64,000 bases of DNA. Source: Eledone cirrhosa (taxonomy: Eukaryota). The notes beneath the pieces were generated by a model. The model did no database searches, had not been told where the DNA came from, and saw only the letters and a list, made by a program, of their open reading frames with translations. A program made the position numbers and the translations under genes. The first letter of the stretch is position 1. Every line of letters begins with the position of its first letter. Shown in pieces: positions 40,597 to 55,282 of the stretch. The stretch covers positions 257,858,001 through 257,922,000 of the forward strand of contig OZ024742.1 of assembly GCA_964016885.1 (NCBI GenBank). The letters are read 5' to 3'.

Positions 40597-43370
40597 CATA
40601 TATACATATATATGTATGTGTGTGTGTATGTGGCGTGTGTGTGTGTGTGTGTGTATATCATTTTACATATTTACAATTATATACGCAACATTAATATTTG
40701 AGCTATAAATTCTACCACTAGTTTCTAAGTGTTTACATATCTTTATTTTCACTATTCTCCTGCGTTACGCGGAACAATCTTGTGGCTAAATCAAATGCTC
40801 CATATACAGTATATATTTATATATGTGTGTGTGGGGGTGGGGGTATGTCTGTCTGTGTCTGTTTGTGTGTGTGTGTAAATATGGTTCATTGTATATGTAA
40901 TAAACTAGAATAATATTTAACAATCACTTGAATATCATTTCAAGTACCTTGAAAGTCTAGTTGTTAGTATTTCTCTATTAATGTAGGAATCGTAAAAACA
41001 AGCGTTGTTTATTTTCTAGACACTTTTAGTTCAGTGTTTCTAAAGAAACTCATCGTCTCCGAGATATACTTGATATGTCCCTAGCGATTCCAAGTTCCTA
41101 TTCACTGATTATGGTAAGTACTACTGAATGTAATAAGACTTTCGAAAGCTTTATTAATATTTAGCAATACATTATATATACATATGAGAGAGCAACAAAT
41201 CTAAGCAGAGATATTTTAACTATTGGTGTACCGATTTGCAAAATAAATCATGCAATTTGCAAAATAAAACATGCAATAAATCTGGCCTCATAGATAAATC
41301 TGGCCTATAGACCTTATAGATACAGGATTTTCCGGCAAAATTTACTTCTTTTCATTTGGAAATCGTATCACTAATTTATCTAGAAAAATATTTTTCTAGC
41401 GGCTATCTGCTAATTATCAACGATAATACGAGGGCCCTCATAAAAAATTGTCGACCCTCATTTGTCTATAGACAGTGTGGGTCAGTGTATGATAGGGATC
41501 AGACCACTGTTGTTTTCAACAGGCTCTGTCCGACCCGCGGTGCAACTGCCATTTTCCGTCAGAGAAAGTAGGCAGCCATACTCCTGTTTGAATACAACAA
41601 GTGTTAGATCCATATAACCGTTCCAACTACTCCTACAAACATCCAGGTCAAACCATCACACAAACATTATACACAATTGTAATGTGACTCTTTGTTGTTT
41701 GTTTATATATTATCAAAATAATTTCGAAGCAAGTTATGCCTTGATAAAATTATGAAAGAAGCGGCATTTTAATTGTTCATTCAAGACTGGCAATGATAAC
41801 CATGCATCTCGACTACACATTCGATCAATAAACAATCAAATAATATTGACACAACATTATATATACATTATATATACATATCATATATGCATCAAGAAAA
41901 AATAGCTCCTTGCTCATCGGCTGTTTAAATGCCCGAATATATTTTCGACCCCATCCTCGGTACTGCTAGTGAATCGCGGTAAAGTGTTTTGATAAACTAG
42001 TCAAATACTGCCATTGGGGTATTAAGAGAGATTTAAAACAAAATAATACATTTACGTGTAATAAATTTAATGTTTAAATCGTACAATATCTGACGAAACG
42101 GGCCATTAGACCTGTAGACAAAGGCACACACACAGAGAAAAACAGAGAACGTAACGCTCAGAGAAGAAAATATTGTCCGTGTTATAGTTTTAACCGGCTC
42201 AATACGATGGTGAGGAAGACACTACTGATTTTTTTTTATTTGGTGCCAATAATGTACTATCACTCTTTACGTACGAGATCTCTGTAATATTCCGTTGTTA
42301 AATTGCCACTTTTATCCGTCCTCATCTCTTTTACTATCACATGACAATTTCCCTCATCTATTATTCTATCTGACATGTCTACCTCTCAAATCAAATGAGC
42401 ATCACAGCAGCAAATCAGTATAAATACAACTGGAGACGGCAAATCGAACAGAATAATCATCCATATATTTCTTACCTTTTATTTACAGTAATCAGACAGT
42501 TGCGTTCTTTTGCGATCGAACGCAGATATTTCCAATTTCAAATTTTCGCAATGCTTCGTAATCAACAGCCCGAAGAATATTATGTATTTTTTTTTATGTT
42601 GTTTGTCGTTTTAACTTAAATACATATATTTTAATGTTAAGATATCATTAAGAATATTAAATATTTCCTTCATCTGAAATATGATATGAATTATTCCATG
42701 ACTTCAACTCCTGGCTAAACAATCAAAAAGCAACAAAGATAATATTAAATGCAACCCCAAGATTTTTAGAATAAGGGGAAACTGTATACAGCAAGGTATA
42801 CTATGTTTACTGATATTTCCCCAGCCAATGATTACCAAATTAACAAATATCACCTACAACCAAAACAAAATATTACTTTTATCCCCCCCCCCCCCCATCC
42901 CTGTGACGACTAGAAACAGCCATTTCCACTTACGTTTGAAGAGCAGGCTGTTCTGTCGTTCGATCAACTGGACACTCATCGCGGGAAATAACGGATGTTC
43001 ATAGAATACAAGACAGAAAATAACGTTATATACGAATGTATAGTCATAAGAAAGCAAGATCTATATTGCCGACATCAAAAACGACTAAAAGCCTAACATA
43101 GAAAACATCATTAAAACAAAAGCACAGACAAAAACACAGACAACAACAAAACTGACTAGAGAAACAACACTGAAAACTACGTTACCGACAACAACGATAA
43201 TCCCAATCGTTATTAGTATTGTTGATGTTTGAACTAGTGAAGCTTAATTATTAAAAATTCATCTATATTCTACGTATTAATTCCATATTTCAAATATCAA
43301 CTTTTCGAAATGCTGCTTAATTGAACCATAAAATCCACAAAAAATATAACAGAAACAACATCAAAGTTTT

Positions 43371-45720
43371 CTAACTAGCTCTCCATCTACTCTTATTTTC
43401 CTCAATCACTACTCCTTTGCTAAGCCTTATCGAATCTACTCTAATAGCCCTTTTCAGGGTAAACCAACACCTGTTGTTGACGATCGCACCCGTCAACGCA
43501 CGCTTAACTAATTCGCTAATCCAGTCTCTGTAAGCTTTCCGCGACGCGAACAACGCGTTCAATTTCCAGTAACGGGGCCCTTGCCTATGGAGCCTATCCA
43601 AGTCAACTTCACAGACCCCGGATTTGTTGTCCGTGTAGTCGACTACTTTAAATTGTGGACAACCCACACTAGCCTTATCTGTTTCCCTACACAATACCCT
43701 ATCTAAATACGATCTGGATGACCCAATGCGGTTCGCCCATGTCCACATTGGCACATTCTGATAATCCAGTCTATAACTTTCAGAGAGTTCAAAATGTCTG
43801 AGGAGGTTCTTGAGGCTTTTACACCCTCCTCCTGTGTCTGCTAACCCCACATAATATCACCGTGCATCTAATATACCGTTCCAGTCGCCCACTGACACTA
43901 AAGAAAGGGACATTCCAAGAAAGGTCTTAGACGTCTGAAGAATTATGGCCGTCCTGCCCCTGTTGGGGCGTAGAAGGCTACTAGCCTGAAAGCATTGCCT
44001 TCGCTGCCGGTCACGTGCAGCACCACCTACTTACCTTCTAGGTCCATGAACTGGCCCGTATGCCGAGATCCAAGCCTCTGTGAAAAAGCACAGCAACTCC
44101 TCCCCCCGATTCTGGACGACTGGGAGATGCGTATACAGCGTAACCGCCGAAGATCGGTGAGAAGGCTCGTGCTTAGGAGATTCTGGTCTAGTTGAATGCC
44201 ACCACATCTATATTTAGTGACCTGGAGTTGTTCAGCAGGTGACCTTGCTTCCAAGATGATCCCAGGCCACGTACATTTATACTACCTATTCTTAGTACGG
44301 CCATGCTGGATGAGGAAACGCGGTAAGTGAGAAAGGATCACTTACCTTGATCGTGTGGGGAAAGGACAATAGAACCGTCCCTTCGGCTGATCATGTGTGT
44401 CTCCAAGATGATATCTGTATACATTCTTTTGGAGAGTGATCCCCTGAAATACCCAACCACGTTGGGGAATTTTGGCTTTAATTGTTTAGACTTCTAGTTT
44501 ACTTTCGACGAATGTTTCTGGGTAATATTCTTGGTATTGGTGGGATGTGCTAATTTAAGTCTCTAATGTCTGTGTGTTGTTTTATATGTTCGATTAATCC
44601 TTTGTGTGTGATATTTATGGCTGTGTACTTCTGTTTGTGGTGGAGGAGGGGGGGGGGGGTATTGCTTTAATTACCATTGGGTGTGTGTGTGCTTTGTTGT
44701 GTTTGCGATGTTGGTGTTTTTGGTGATGCTGAAGTGGTGGTGTGGTTGTTGTTGGTGGTGATGCTTGTGTTGGTGATAGTGGTGGTGTTGCTGCAAGAAT
44801 CCTTGCAGATTTTACACCTCTTTCTATGCCTTCGCTTTTGTAGGGAGAAACTGTGGTGTTTTTGCGTTTGTTCTTTTTGTTGACAACCGTTTTCCACTCC
44901 TCAGCGGCCTCATACTCCATGTCCGACTGTGAGAAGTCGGGGAGGGGTATGTGTTCTTACCTCTCATTTGTCTTTGTTGTTGTTGATGATGGTGGTTACA
45001 GGTGCAGCTAGTGCAACTGTTCCCTTGCTGCAGTTGCCACCGGTGTTTTGTTGTACGTGGCTTTAGTGTGGGTGCGACGGACGTTGTCCTCCTACTCTCT
45101 GTAGAAGCTCCCGAGTTTTTCAGTGACTGCGGTGTTTCTGATGGCAGCGGTTCCGGCGTTGGAAGGAGGGGGACCTTCGCCTTTGTTATTTTCTGTGGGC
45201 AGAAGGACCTGAGGTGAGACTTCGATCTACAGTTGAAGCACTTCCTCCCACATATATTGGAAGTTGGGAGCCATTCCCGAGGTCTATTACGTCGAGAATA
45301 GCACTGATGCAGTCCTGGTTGGTTTGGATGAGCATCTCCATTCCAATACCGGACCAGTCCTCTGTCCCCAACTTCTGTACCTGCAGAATAGTTGTTCTTT
45401 CCTCGATGTCCTCAAGAAAAGACATGACCAGCTAAGGCACGGGTACGTAGGGCGGGTCCTGGGTTACCCTGACCGTTGGAATTTTTTTCCGCAGTAAAAT
45501 GGGACTAACGTTTTGTCATCACTCTGTAGGTTCTTCAGTGAGTGCGATTTTGCTTCTTTGGTGGTAGGAAAAAGGACGTCCACAATAGCATATTTCTTGC
45601 CACGGGTGATGTGGGTGTACCGTGCTCGCACAGTTCCCAATGCCTTCTGTTTTTTTGTCGATAACTTTTCGATACTTTTTTAATGTAAAAAGTTCAAATA
45701 GTTTCACCTTCGCCGGGCAA
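43371..45720 (-). mobile_element. Tx1/L1-clade LINE 5' part: ORF1 with CCHC knuckle and ORF2 AP endonuclease
   Basis: ORF1 RKCFNCRSKSHLRSFCP (~45197-45246). ORF2 starts at 44304 (MAVLRIGSINVRGL) and includes WTW...SYLDRV...TD.K...GPRYWKLN. Confidence 0.85.
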
Positions 45721-45832
45721 AGTCCAAGGGCTTATATACCTTACAGAACAACACAAATTTAACGATAATTAATTTATGATAGGTTTATAAAGAGATTTAC
45801 GAGGGCGAGCAAAAAGATGTCCGATCAAACAA

Positions 45833-45833
<1 letters not shown>

Positions 45834-45870
<37 letters not shown>

Positions 45871-46350
45871 TTCTTTATTGGCCACAAGGGCTGACATCAA
45901 GAAACACATAACAGACGGCACAGGACGGTACAGGACGGTACGATGTGGGTTTTGTGCGTGTAAAGATTTTTATTATTTATATAAAAAAGAAAAAAAAAGA
46001 CATATAAACATATATATATAAACAATAAAAATGAAAATTGAAACAATGAAAAATTCCCCAATAGGGGGGAAACCTCCGAGGGTTACTCATGACGAAAACC
46101 ACACAAAAGTACGGCCACCCTGACCACCAGGTCAAGCGCCCTCTCTCAATTTTACCATTTCTCAAACTACAGGCGTATATTCAGAGCGGTCCTGTTCACT
46201 CAGACCATTCTCGCTACATTCACCAACCGTTCAACAAACTTGCCTCTCCACCCTGATTTTCCTCTTCAAGTGAAACTTGAAAAAGTTAATTAGGGATTCG
46301 CCGAAGAGGAAAGTACCTGTCTTTAACCGTTTCAACCTTGTCCACCACAT
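45834..46350 (-). mobile_element. Tx1-clade LINE 3' end ending in (ATT)n
   Basis: Minus strand ends cccttgtggccaataaagaa(att)n. Homologous to 46351-46800. Confidence 0.78.
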
Positions 46351-47215
46351 ATAATAATAATAATAATGGTTTCTTTGTTAACCACAAGGGTTTATACAAC
46401 GTAGACATTTAGGACAGTACAGGACAATACAGGACGGTACAAATGGGCATTTCTGCGTGTAAAAAAAACAAAAAATAGAGGATGTCAAAAAAATAAAATG
46501 AAAAATTCCTCAATAGGGGGGGGGGGGGCTTCCGAGGACCATCGTGGAGAAAGCCCATTAAAAAAACCCTTGGTGACCCTGACCACCAGGGTAAGTGCCC
46601 TCTCCCAGTTTTCCACCTTCAATTTACAGGCATACACTTTCTCACCCATCTTTCAACAAAATGCTGGGAAAGGTCACTTCCTTCTCTACCCTGATTTTCC
46701 TTTTCAAATGAAATTTGTAAAGGTTAATCAGGGCATCACCGAAGATGTAAGTGCTCATCTTTAGCCCTTGCAGACGCGTCCACCATACTATCTCTTTCGC
46801 CATGGCCACCAGACAGATAAAAACTGCCTGCCCTTTCCGGCTAAAGGAAGACGGCGGGGCAATCCTCACGATGGACTCAGCTGATACCTGGATCCGTTTT
46901 ACACGCGACAGCAGGTGTTCGACATAAACCTACAAGTCAGCAATGATCGGACACTGGACGAGTGCATGCAGGATGGTTTCGTCGCCCTGCGCGCATCTCA
47001 GACAGGCCCGGCTGGCGGCACTTCTGTGCCTGTAGAGTTTATCCCGAACTGGCAAAGCTCCTCTGTAGCACTGCCAGACCAGGGATTTCTGGAAATTGTC
47101 CATAGGTCCTGGCCCGAAAGTTCTGACGAAGAGATTGGCTAGTTTATTTTCGTCGACGCCTAGAGTTTCCCCAAGTACGTTGTTGCTCTTCTCTTCCACT
47201 AATCCTCTATAATAA
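46351..47215 (-). mobile_element. Tx1-clade LINE 3' fragment with C-terminal CCHC, ending in (ATT)n
   Basis: WQCYRGALPVRDKL...CLRCAQGDETILHALVQC, then KEIVWWTR. Tail cccttgtggttaacaaagaaacc(att)n. Confidence 0.85.
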
Positions 47216-48409
47216 CCAATGTCCAGAAAAAAGAAACTGTTTCTATATATCTCATGAAAAATTGCGTTGTAATATAAAGAACTATAGCTTAAATTAAGTG
47301 GCTAACACAATATTATCGGAGTAACATTTGTTTTTTTCTTTTCTAAACTCTTCCTAAACTTCTACAATATGGCACCTAAACGGATTCACTACTTAATTAT
47401 AATTTTTTTATCAGGATTTGATACTTTTATTTATCAAAAATATATTCTAGTTGTTCTAGAAAAGTATTTCTGATAGTGCCTGCAATTTCTGAGGCTTCTA
47501 AAAAAAGTTTGAAGAGACAGAAAAGATACGTAATAACTCGACGTGTATAACAATTTCTCACAAAATTACAGAAATATGTTCATGTCACAGAAATACATTT
47601 CAATGCTCTCAGGAGAGAGACCAGTTGAGAATTTTGACTTTAACAAAGTAATCAGTAAGATAACATAAATATAACACAAATATGACTTCAGTCACAAAAT
47701 TGACTAAATCGTATTTTTTCTCTGACACAAGAAAATCAATTATATGTTCACAAATCTACAGTAAGCTTCAAAGGTGCATTCCTCGTGATAGCCATCTACA
47801 TTCCAAGTTCAACAGGAATATTTGTATTACATAATTCAAAAAATATTCTGACATTGCGTTGGCTTGATTGTTTTTAATAAAATCCATCACCTTATCTTGG
47901 GTAAATCTTCCTAGTGGCTCATTTGCTTTCATACAACTGCTTAATCAATGTAATGACTAATGCAAAGTGGTTGTGGTATACACACACACACACGCACACA
48001 CAGACACACACGCACACATACACACATACACACACACATATACACGAATACACACATACATAGATAGATAGAGAGATAGACATATACATTGATAGATAGA
48101 TAGATATGTGCGTGTGTTTGGTTATGGGTGTAAAGGTTAAACAGAAATAACAAATACAACCGACAGAGCACACGGAGAAAATATATTAGTTTAAAGTTTG
48201 CTATAGCAGGAAGAGTGCCTTAAATTTTCTGACACGAGTCGATCATCAGAAATGGAGTTAGAAATAGAAAATTAAATAGAAAGTAATGACTTATGAGAGG
48301 AAGGAACAGGAAAATGACAAACACATTGTGGAGAAAAAAAACACGCGTGCGCATTAGTCAGCCATCTTATATATATACATATATATATATATATATAGAT
48401 ATAGATATA

Positions 48410-49090
48410 TTTATAATATGGAAGGTTCATGTTGCCAATATTAAAACACGCTTATGTTGATTTTCACTCAATTTATTACCAATTTTCAGTTGGATGATTC
48501 AATAGCGAGGTATTTCTTTATTTATTTATTGTCAAAACTATTTCGTCACACATTATCAGACCGTTTCAGTCACTAATTTGATATTTCATGTCTGTCTTCT
48601 GTCCTGTACTACACCATCTTCTTTTGTGTGCTGTATGATGTGTACTTGGGATGGGCATGCCTTATATCCGTATGGGTATGTGTTTTTATTATTTTATTTA
48701 TACGTTTAAAATTTAGGGAAAAAATATCTCCATCGTGGCTTTTTGTGAAATAACCCTAAAACAATAATTTATTTTGAATGTAATTAATTATTTTCTTTCC
48801 GTTTTGCAAGATATGCTATATATATTAAAACATCTGACGCACATTGAACTCTTTATATTTTCCCTTATATTATATTCAGTTTCACACTAATGCTTCTGAT
48901 CTTATCTCCATTAGTTGTTAGAGACATCTAGTTTCCAAATAGTAATGTCATTATAACAACTCGCTCCCCGTCTTTTAGTTTGTGACCACCTGCTCAAATC
49001 TCTTAAAAATGAGGCCGGAAATTTCAAGATTGCTCTTCAGCTTGTCTATATATCTGAGTCATGAGCTTCCAACATTCCCTTTACCACTGT
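48410..49090 (-). mobile_element. Decayed PLE 3' fragment, family A relative
   Basis: Terminus ggaaggttcatgttgccaata resembles the family A end. Degenerate hammerhead at ~48530-48575 (CTGAAAC...gtgtgacGAAA). Confidence 0.5.
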
Positions 49091-49216
49091 GGGGCTAATT
49101 GTAGATGAGAAACTTACGTAATCATTCTGATGACACGCTCAGCGGAACGAGATTGGGATTGCAGGAGAAAAGTCTCTATGCCTCCAGTTTTGCATACACA
49201 CAAACACACACTCACA

Positions 49217-49321
<105 letters not shown>

Positions 49322-49449
49322 CGGAGGAGCTATCGTAAGGAACCAGATGGACCATAACGCATCAGAGTACTCAATAGTTAGGGTAGTAGAGAGGGTAATA
49401 GGAGAAAGTATGACCCCGACGGCAGAGCTCAAGCCGTTTCGACATATAT

Positions 49450-49795
49450 ATATATATATATATATATAAATGAAAGTACAGTATATTTGAAGTTCGAGCC
49501 AGAACAAAGGAGAGGCACAAAAACAAAGAAAATAATCCCCAGTCACTGAAGAGGTGACAGAATGTGTGACGAAAGAACTTTGACAATATATAAACAACTA
49601 TCCGGTTGTGGAACCAACCAACCAACCGGAAATTTATAAATTCCTAAATTTATAAATTTATTATAATAGATTGAAGTGAAAGCATCTGGTGCGTGTGTTT
49701 CTTATTGGCAACATGAGCCTCCCAAAGTATAACAATATCGGTTTCAACACACGTTTACAGATAAAGAATCTTGCTAAACAAATTCAGAAACGAAA
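49450..49795 (+). mobile_element. Solo pseudo-LTR plus ORF start of a family A sister subfamily
   Basis: Hammerhead gtca-CTGAAGA-...-GAAA-gaactt-tgac (49542-49584). ATG at 49713 gives [22 protein letters not shown]. Flanked by (TA)n. Confidence 0.75.
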
Positions 49796-49798
49796 TAA

Positions 49799-49872
<74 letters not shown>

Positions 49873-50499
49873 GAACTAGATCACCACTTCGAAATTATTC
49901 AATATCTCAGTGAGGTTTCTGTAAATCTAAAATCAACAAAATCCGCATGTAGTGTATACAAGTTAAGTTTCTGTTAGATTGAACAGTCGACTTAGTTTCT
50001 CAAAAGATTTTCGTTCTTACGCAAATCTGGTTGTGATGGCACATGTCACTCCATAGGGAGGCAACCCCGGTTTATGGCGGAAAATTATGAACGTTCGATT
50101 ATTATAAAATTCCAGTAATAATCAGGAACTGATTATACAGAGCGGTTGCGCGTCGAGCAAAAATTGAATATTAGAATTTGTGCTCTGAAATATATATATG
50201 AATATGAATATAGTGTATTTTGCAATACATGGTATGCTTAATTAAACGCATTTTGAAGACCTTACGCTATTGTTTTAAAGTAGTGACTATGTCACTTACT
50301 TCTTTTTGCAACAAACAAAGGGAGATAAGCGGACATATCTCTGTTTCATACTGTTGGCATTCCTCAAAGCTTAGCACTCGCCTTGTTTGTTGAACGTTAT
50401 GAATGTTGGATTCTTATAGAATTCCAGTAATAGAGCGGTTGCCAGTCCAGCAAAAATTGAAAATTAGAATTCGTGCTATGAAATAGAGATATACATATA

Positions 50500-53400
50500 T
50501 AATTTCGTTTGTGGTCTTTCAGGTTAATCTTCGGTTTTTCAAGGCATAAAGGGTTCTGTTCTATTTTGAATGCCTAAGTTATAAATGTATTTATTAATCA
50601 GGATTCCAAAATTTGGACCGAACCCTTTATACCTGGAAAACCGAAGATTAACCTGAAGGACCACAAAATAAATTTTGTGGTCCTTCAGACTCATCGCACC
50701 ATCTAAATCGAACTTATGCATAATTGGCAATCAAATATTAGATATAATTATACCATACTAAAAGAAATATCACAACTTAAACTATGGAACGGTACTAATG
50801 ATGTTATAGATTGGTTTAATCACATAAAATTAAAACATAACAAAAATTCATTCAAATGAATATTGTAAATATTACCACTAGCTTACTTAATAAGGCCCTT
50901 ATCTACGCGTCTAAACATACAGACCTATCTAGTGAAGAAATGAATATAATTCTAACAGCACGTAAAACTATAATAGAATTAATAATCATTTCTGGACAGC
51001 CGACAGAAAAAAACAATTTTGATATCATTATGGGATTATCTGACTCGGCGCAAGTAACGGACCTCGTTGGATTATTTATTAATAACGTACTGCATAGGAA
51101 AATGCCAGAGATGACCGGAGGTTTATATCGTGACGATATGTTACTTTTAATTGAAAACCATAGCAATAGTGAAATTAATAATAATAATAATACAATTTTT
51201 CAACAACAACAACCTTAATTTAGAAATCGAGAATAATTACAAAATCGTTAACTTCTTAGATGTAACCTTAAACCTTAGCACAGGTTTTTACTATCCATTT
51301 CATAAAATTAACGAAAATCTAAATTACTTAAGTTTCAATTTTAATCACCCTAGAAATATTAAAAACACTATGGTTTAATAAAAATATTTTTGATGATAAG
51401 GCAGAATATTACAATGAAGATTTACATAGAGCAGTATACTCGAATAAAATTAAAATACATAGATAACAATAACATGACAAATCATCATAGAATTAATTAT
51501 AATAATAAAAAACAATTTGAATTAAACACTAAACCAAATAAAAAAAATAGAAATAGATATATTATTTGGTACACTTCCCCATTCTCATTAAGCGTTAAAA
51601 CAAAGCTATTTTTTAAAGGAAAGCTATTTTTAAAGCACTAGATAAATGTTTTCCTAAAGCCCACAGATTCCACTCGATTTTTAACAGACACACTATAAAG
51701 CTATCCTACTCTACTACTATGAACATAACACAAAATATAAATAGAATTAATAATAGAAACTGAAATTTAAATCCTAAAAAAACTAACCAAGATTGCAATA
51801 ATAACATTTCTAACAACAATATTCAGAATAATAGTACCGTCCCGAAGAACAACTCAAGAAAATGTAACTGTAGAATTAAATCAAACTGCCCTTACAAAAT
51901 AATTGCTCACACAAAAATGTAATTTATAAATGCACAGTTAAAAACTAGAGACAAAGTATTTAACTATATTGGTGCCACTTCTCCAAAATTCAAAGAACGC
52001 TGGTATAACCATAAATACACATTTAATAGATCCGATAAAAAATCTTCCACTTCATTTTCACATTTAATTTGGAACTTAAAAGACAACAATATAGACTATT
52101 CAATATCTAGGGGAACGATTTAGAAAGCATTTGCATACCGAAATATGGCTTTCTCAAGATTCTGTAACTTGTGTATTGAGGACATTTTTTATATAATTAA
52201 CTGTCAAAACTCTATTAATCTTAAAACAGAATTATTTTCTACTTGCAGACATCGACAAAATTCCACTTTTAGAACTATTTTTAATTCATGATATTCATTA
52301 CACTTGACTATATCTCATACACCTTCAAAATTATCCTATTTTCTTTTAAAATTTAAATTTAAATTTTTTAAAGATCTTGCCTCTTATTTTTTTATATTTC
52401 TACTATTTTTACCATTTGACATAAATTTTTTAATTTTTTAATATATTCTTTTTACTATTTTTACATTTTGACATTATTTTCATAACGATACGCCTCTACA
52501 TATTTTTTTTTAGATGTAGATTGATAATCTTTAATTGACATTCTAAATGCTTATCCTCTTTACGATAGTTCTTCGAAATGCCCATTACTTTTTTCCTCTT
52601 CTTTTCATCTTCATACTTTCACACATCTTTCTACTAAAATAATATATAATTGAAATTAATCGCACACAAAATAATATATAATTTTCTCTATATATGTTCT
52701 GAATAAATCATTCATCAAAGTTAACGGTTAACAAACAAGATTGGAGTTCTATTTCCCTTTTCAATCGTGCAAACATAAACATTATATTATAATATAATAT
52801 GTATGCTAAACTATATAACTTCGCTAAATTAACAATATTCTGAAAACATTTTCAATGCTGGAACAAAATATTCGAATCTACAAATTGTTCTCTTACAACT
52901 TGAACTACCTGTTTTTTATGTAAAATGCAAAATCAACACCTTCGTAACTCATATTAGAAATGTAAACAACTAATAATTGTAAATTAATTCTAATTCTATA
53001 ATACTTATACATGCACAATTATTAATCTATATAGATATATATATAATTACAACCTATTGTAATGTAATAAGATAAAATCTACTCATATAATCTAACTGAT
53101 TATATATACAATATTATAACTCGTAATATAGCCAAATAAATTAAAATTCTGGAATCATATTCCACCATTCCCACAAATTGTTAATTCCTTTTAAATTAAC
53201 GTAAGTACAAGCTCTTCTTTCTTTTTTCTTCTTCCTACTCATATTTAAATTCTGCATAGCGTCTAAAATAACGTTTTTCAGGCCTCATTTTTTTCAGCCT
53301 CATTTTTGCATACTCATCTTAATAATTTGAAATATCTCACTTTTCTTCTCTTTTCCCTTCAATATTCAAGAAGAAATTAAACCGTTAAGGTATCTTTTCT

Positions 53401-53630
53401 TGGTTATGTGAACATTTATAAAACAAACTTTGTATTTTATCTGATGAAAGCGTACCAAAGTTTTGGTATCCTTAAAAATTATAATAGAATAAATATGGTT
53501 TTATAAATATAGTTTCCATTTATATAATAACATTGAATATTATAGTCCAGAAAACTTGTCGAGTGCTCTGAATCAGTTATAAACATTTATATTTGTTGAA
53601 TTACCAACAAATTGAATATACCTTTTGCTT
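50500..53630 (+). mobile_element. 5'-truncated Naiad-type PLE with 5' inversion
   Basis: PKINLKDHK, FDIIMGLSDSAQV, GLYRDD, VNFLDVTL, IIWYTSPFS, KCNCRIKSNCP, YIGATS, CNLC and CRH. Degenerate hammerhead at ~53433-53490 (CTGATGA...AAAA). Ends in (TA)n. Confidence 0.88.
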
Positions 53631-53663
53631 ATATATATATATATATACTGCTCTAACCACTAA

Positions 53664-53706
<43 letters not shown>

Positions 53707-53759
53707 TCTCACATATATACATACACTCACAATCCAATCACCATAGATCTATCCTTAAA

Positions 53760-54484
53760 AACCTACCATATAATATCTCACTCAAAATTTCTAACCTTTC
53801 ATCTAACCAGAATGTATTCCATAAAAATGCGCCCTTTGATAACGAAGCTTTAGTTAGAAGCGGCCACAAAAACAAATTAGTCTATATACCTAGCACCAAT
53901 AATACTTCAAACATACAACCCAATATTACCGACAAACACCAAATGAAAAACACCACCCTAAATACCACTCACTACACCCAACAATACCAACCTAAAACTT
54001 AATTTCTCTACCTCTTCTCACATACAATATAATAACTTTCAAAAAACCATTCATCCTAATACTCCAATATACGTTAATAACATTACTAATAAAATTCCTA
54101 ATAATCAGACTAAAACACCTAAATCAGTTAATCTAACTAAACCTATATATAATACATTCACTAATCCTAACTATCTTAGTAAACATCCTGTAACATCGTA
54201 TAAATATAAAAAAACAACATCGAAACCATAATAGACGAGTTACTTGGTATAATGCTCCATTTAATCTACAATTTAAAGATAGTATCCCTAAAAAAATGTT
54301 TACTATCCTAGAGAAAAACCATAAATACCATCAAATTTTAAATAGATCAACTGTAAAATGTTCCTACTCCACTACCAAAAATATACAACAAAATATAAGT
54401 GCGTACAATACATATAAATGTAAAAAACCACGAATATACCACCAACACATCAAACCAACCATAATACTAAAATCGACAAATTGA
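53760..54484 (+). pseudogene. Naiad-type PLE fragment (thumb/linker region)
   Basis: RRVTWYNAPFN...HKYHQILNRSTVKCSYSTTKN. Confidence 0.7.
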
Positions 54485-54959
54485 GATTTGACCAACATAG
54501 CTTCTGTTGCTTTCTGAACTAACTTTAGGTGAGTGCTGTGTTGGTACATTGTTATATTTGTTTTATTATATTAGTTTTCTTATATTTGTTTTTTTCTCGG
54601 ACATCACTTCGGTGTGTGTAAAAGTGTGTGTGTACCCACCCACACTAACTACAGATTTAATACTGTGTTGATGTGTGCATATATATGTATATATTTTCTT
54701 TGACCTTGAGCCGATGTATGTGGGTGTGGAGTGTATGTGTACCCACTCCCTTTAATTGGGACTGACTGTATCTCTACAGATTTGATTGATGTCCAGCGTC
54801 TTTTGCAGCGATAGAAATCGGAAAACTTTTATGACCTCAACAGAAGCTAATAGCAGTCGCCGTGTTTCTGACTGGTGTGTCTCCATATGAGGGAATGAAT
54901 TCTGTGAGAGAACATCATTTGTTTCTCCCTCATATCAAGAATTTGAAGACAATTCATTT

Positions 54960-55033
54960 TCACCTGATGAGATCAGTGATAATCGATCATGGCTTTACAA
55001 TCGATCTATCTCTTATTGAAACATGTGTCGTGA
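54960..55033 (+). ncRNA. Type I hammerhead motif with long stem II
   Basis: tcac-CTGATGA-(~47 nt with atcgat/atcgat hairpin)-GAAAC-ATGT-GTC-gtga. Canonical GUC cleavage triplet. Confidence 0.78.
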
Positions 55034-55216
55034 TTAAATGATTGGAATTTTACCTTGCCTTCGGATTTTCATTTTGCTACTTATACTCCGTTTTACATCA
55101 TCTAGCTGTTCCCTTGAATGGAATTGGAGATATACAAAAGCGTGGAGAACTTAATATTGCTAACATAAAGTTATTGGTCCATTTTACACAACCAATAATG
55201 CACCTTACTATATAAA

Positions 55217-55276
<60 letters not shown>

Positions 55277-55282
<6 letters not shown>

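Noticed and set aside
41427-41460. TA-CGAGGG mariner-like terminus (also 45798-45830)
   Set aside because: Both are in the same orientation, with no matching opposite TIR or transposase.
42935-42980. Apparent first exon MSVQLIERQNSLLFK with perfect GTAAGT donor (minus strand)
   Set aside because: The plus strand (gagcaggctgttc...gatcaactgga) resembles, from recall, the 3' part of a common octopus SINE. Not verified by search, but no convincing downstream exon chain was found.
50090-50485. Imperfect ~95-bp direct repeat pair
   Set aside because: Only two diverged copies with no spacer array. Not CRISPR, most likely transposon subterminal debris.
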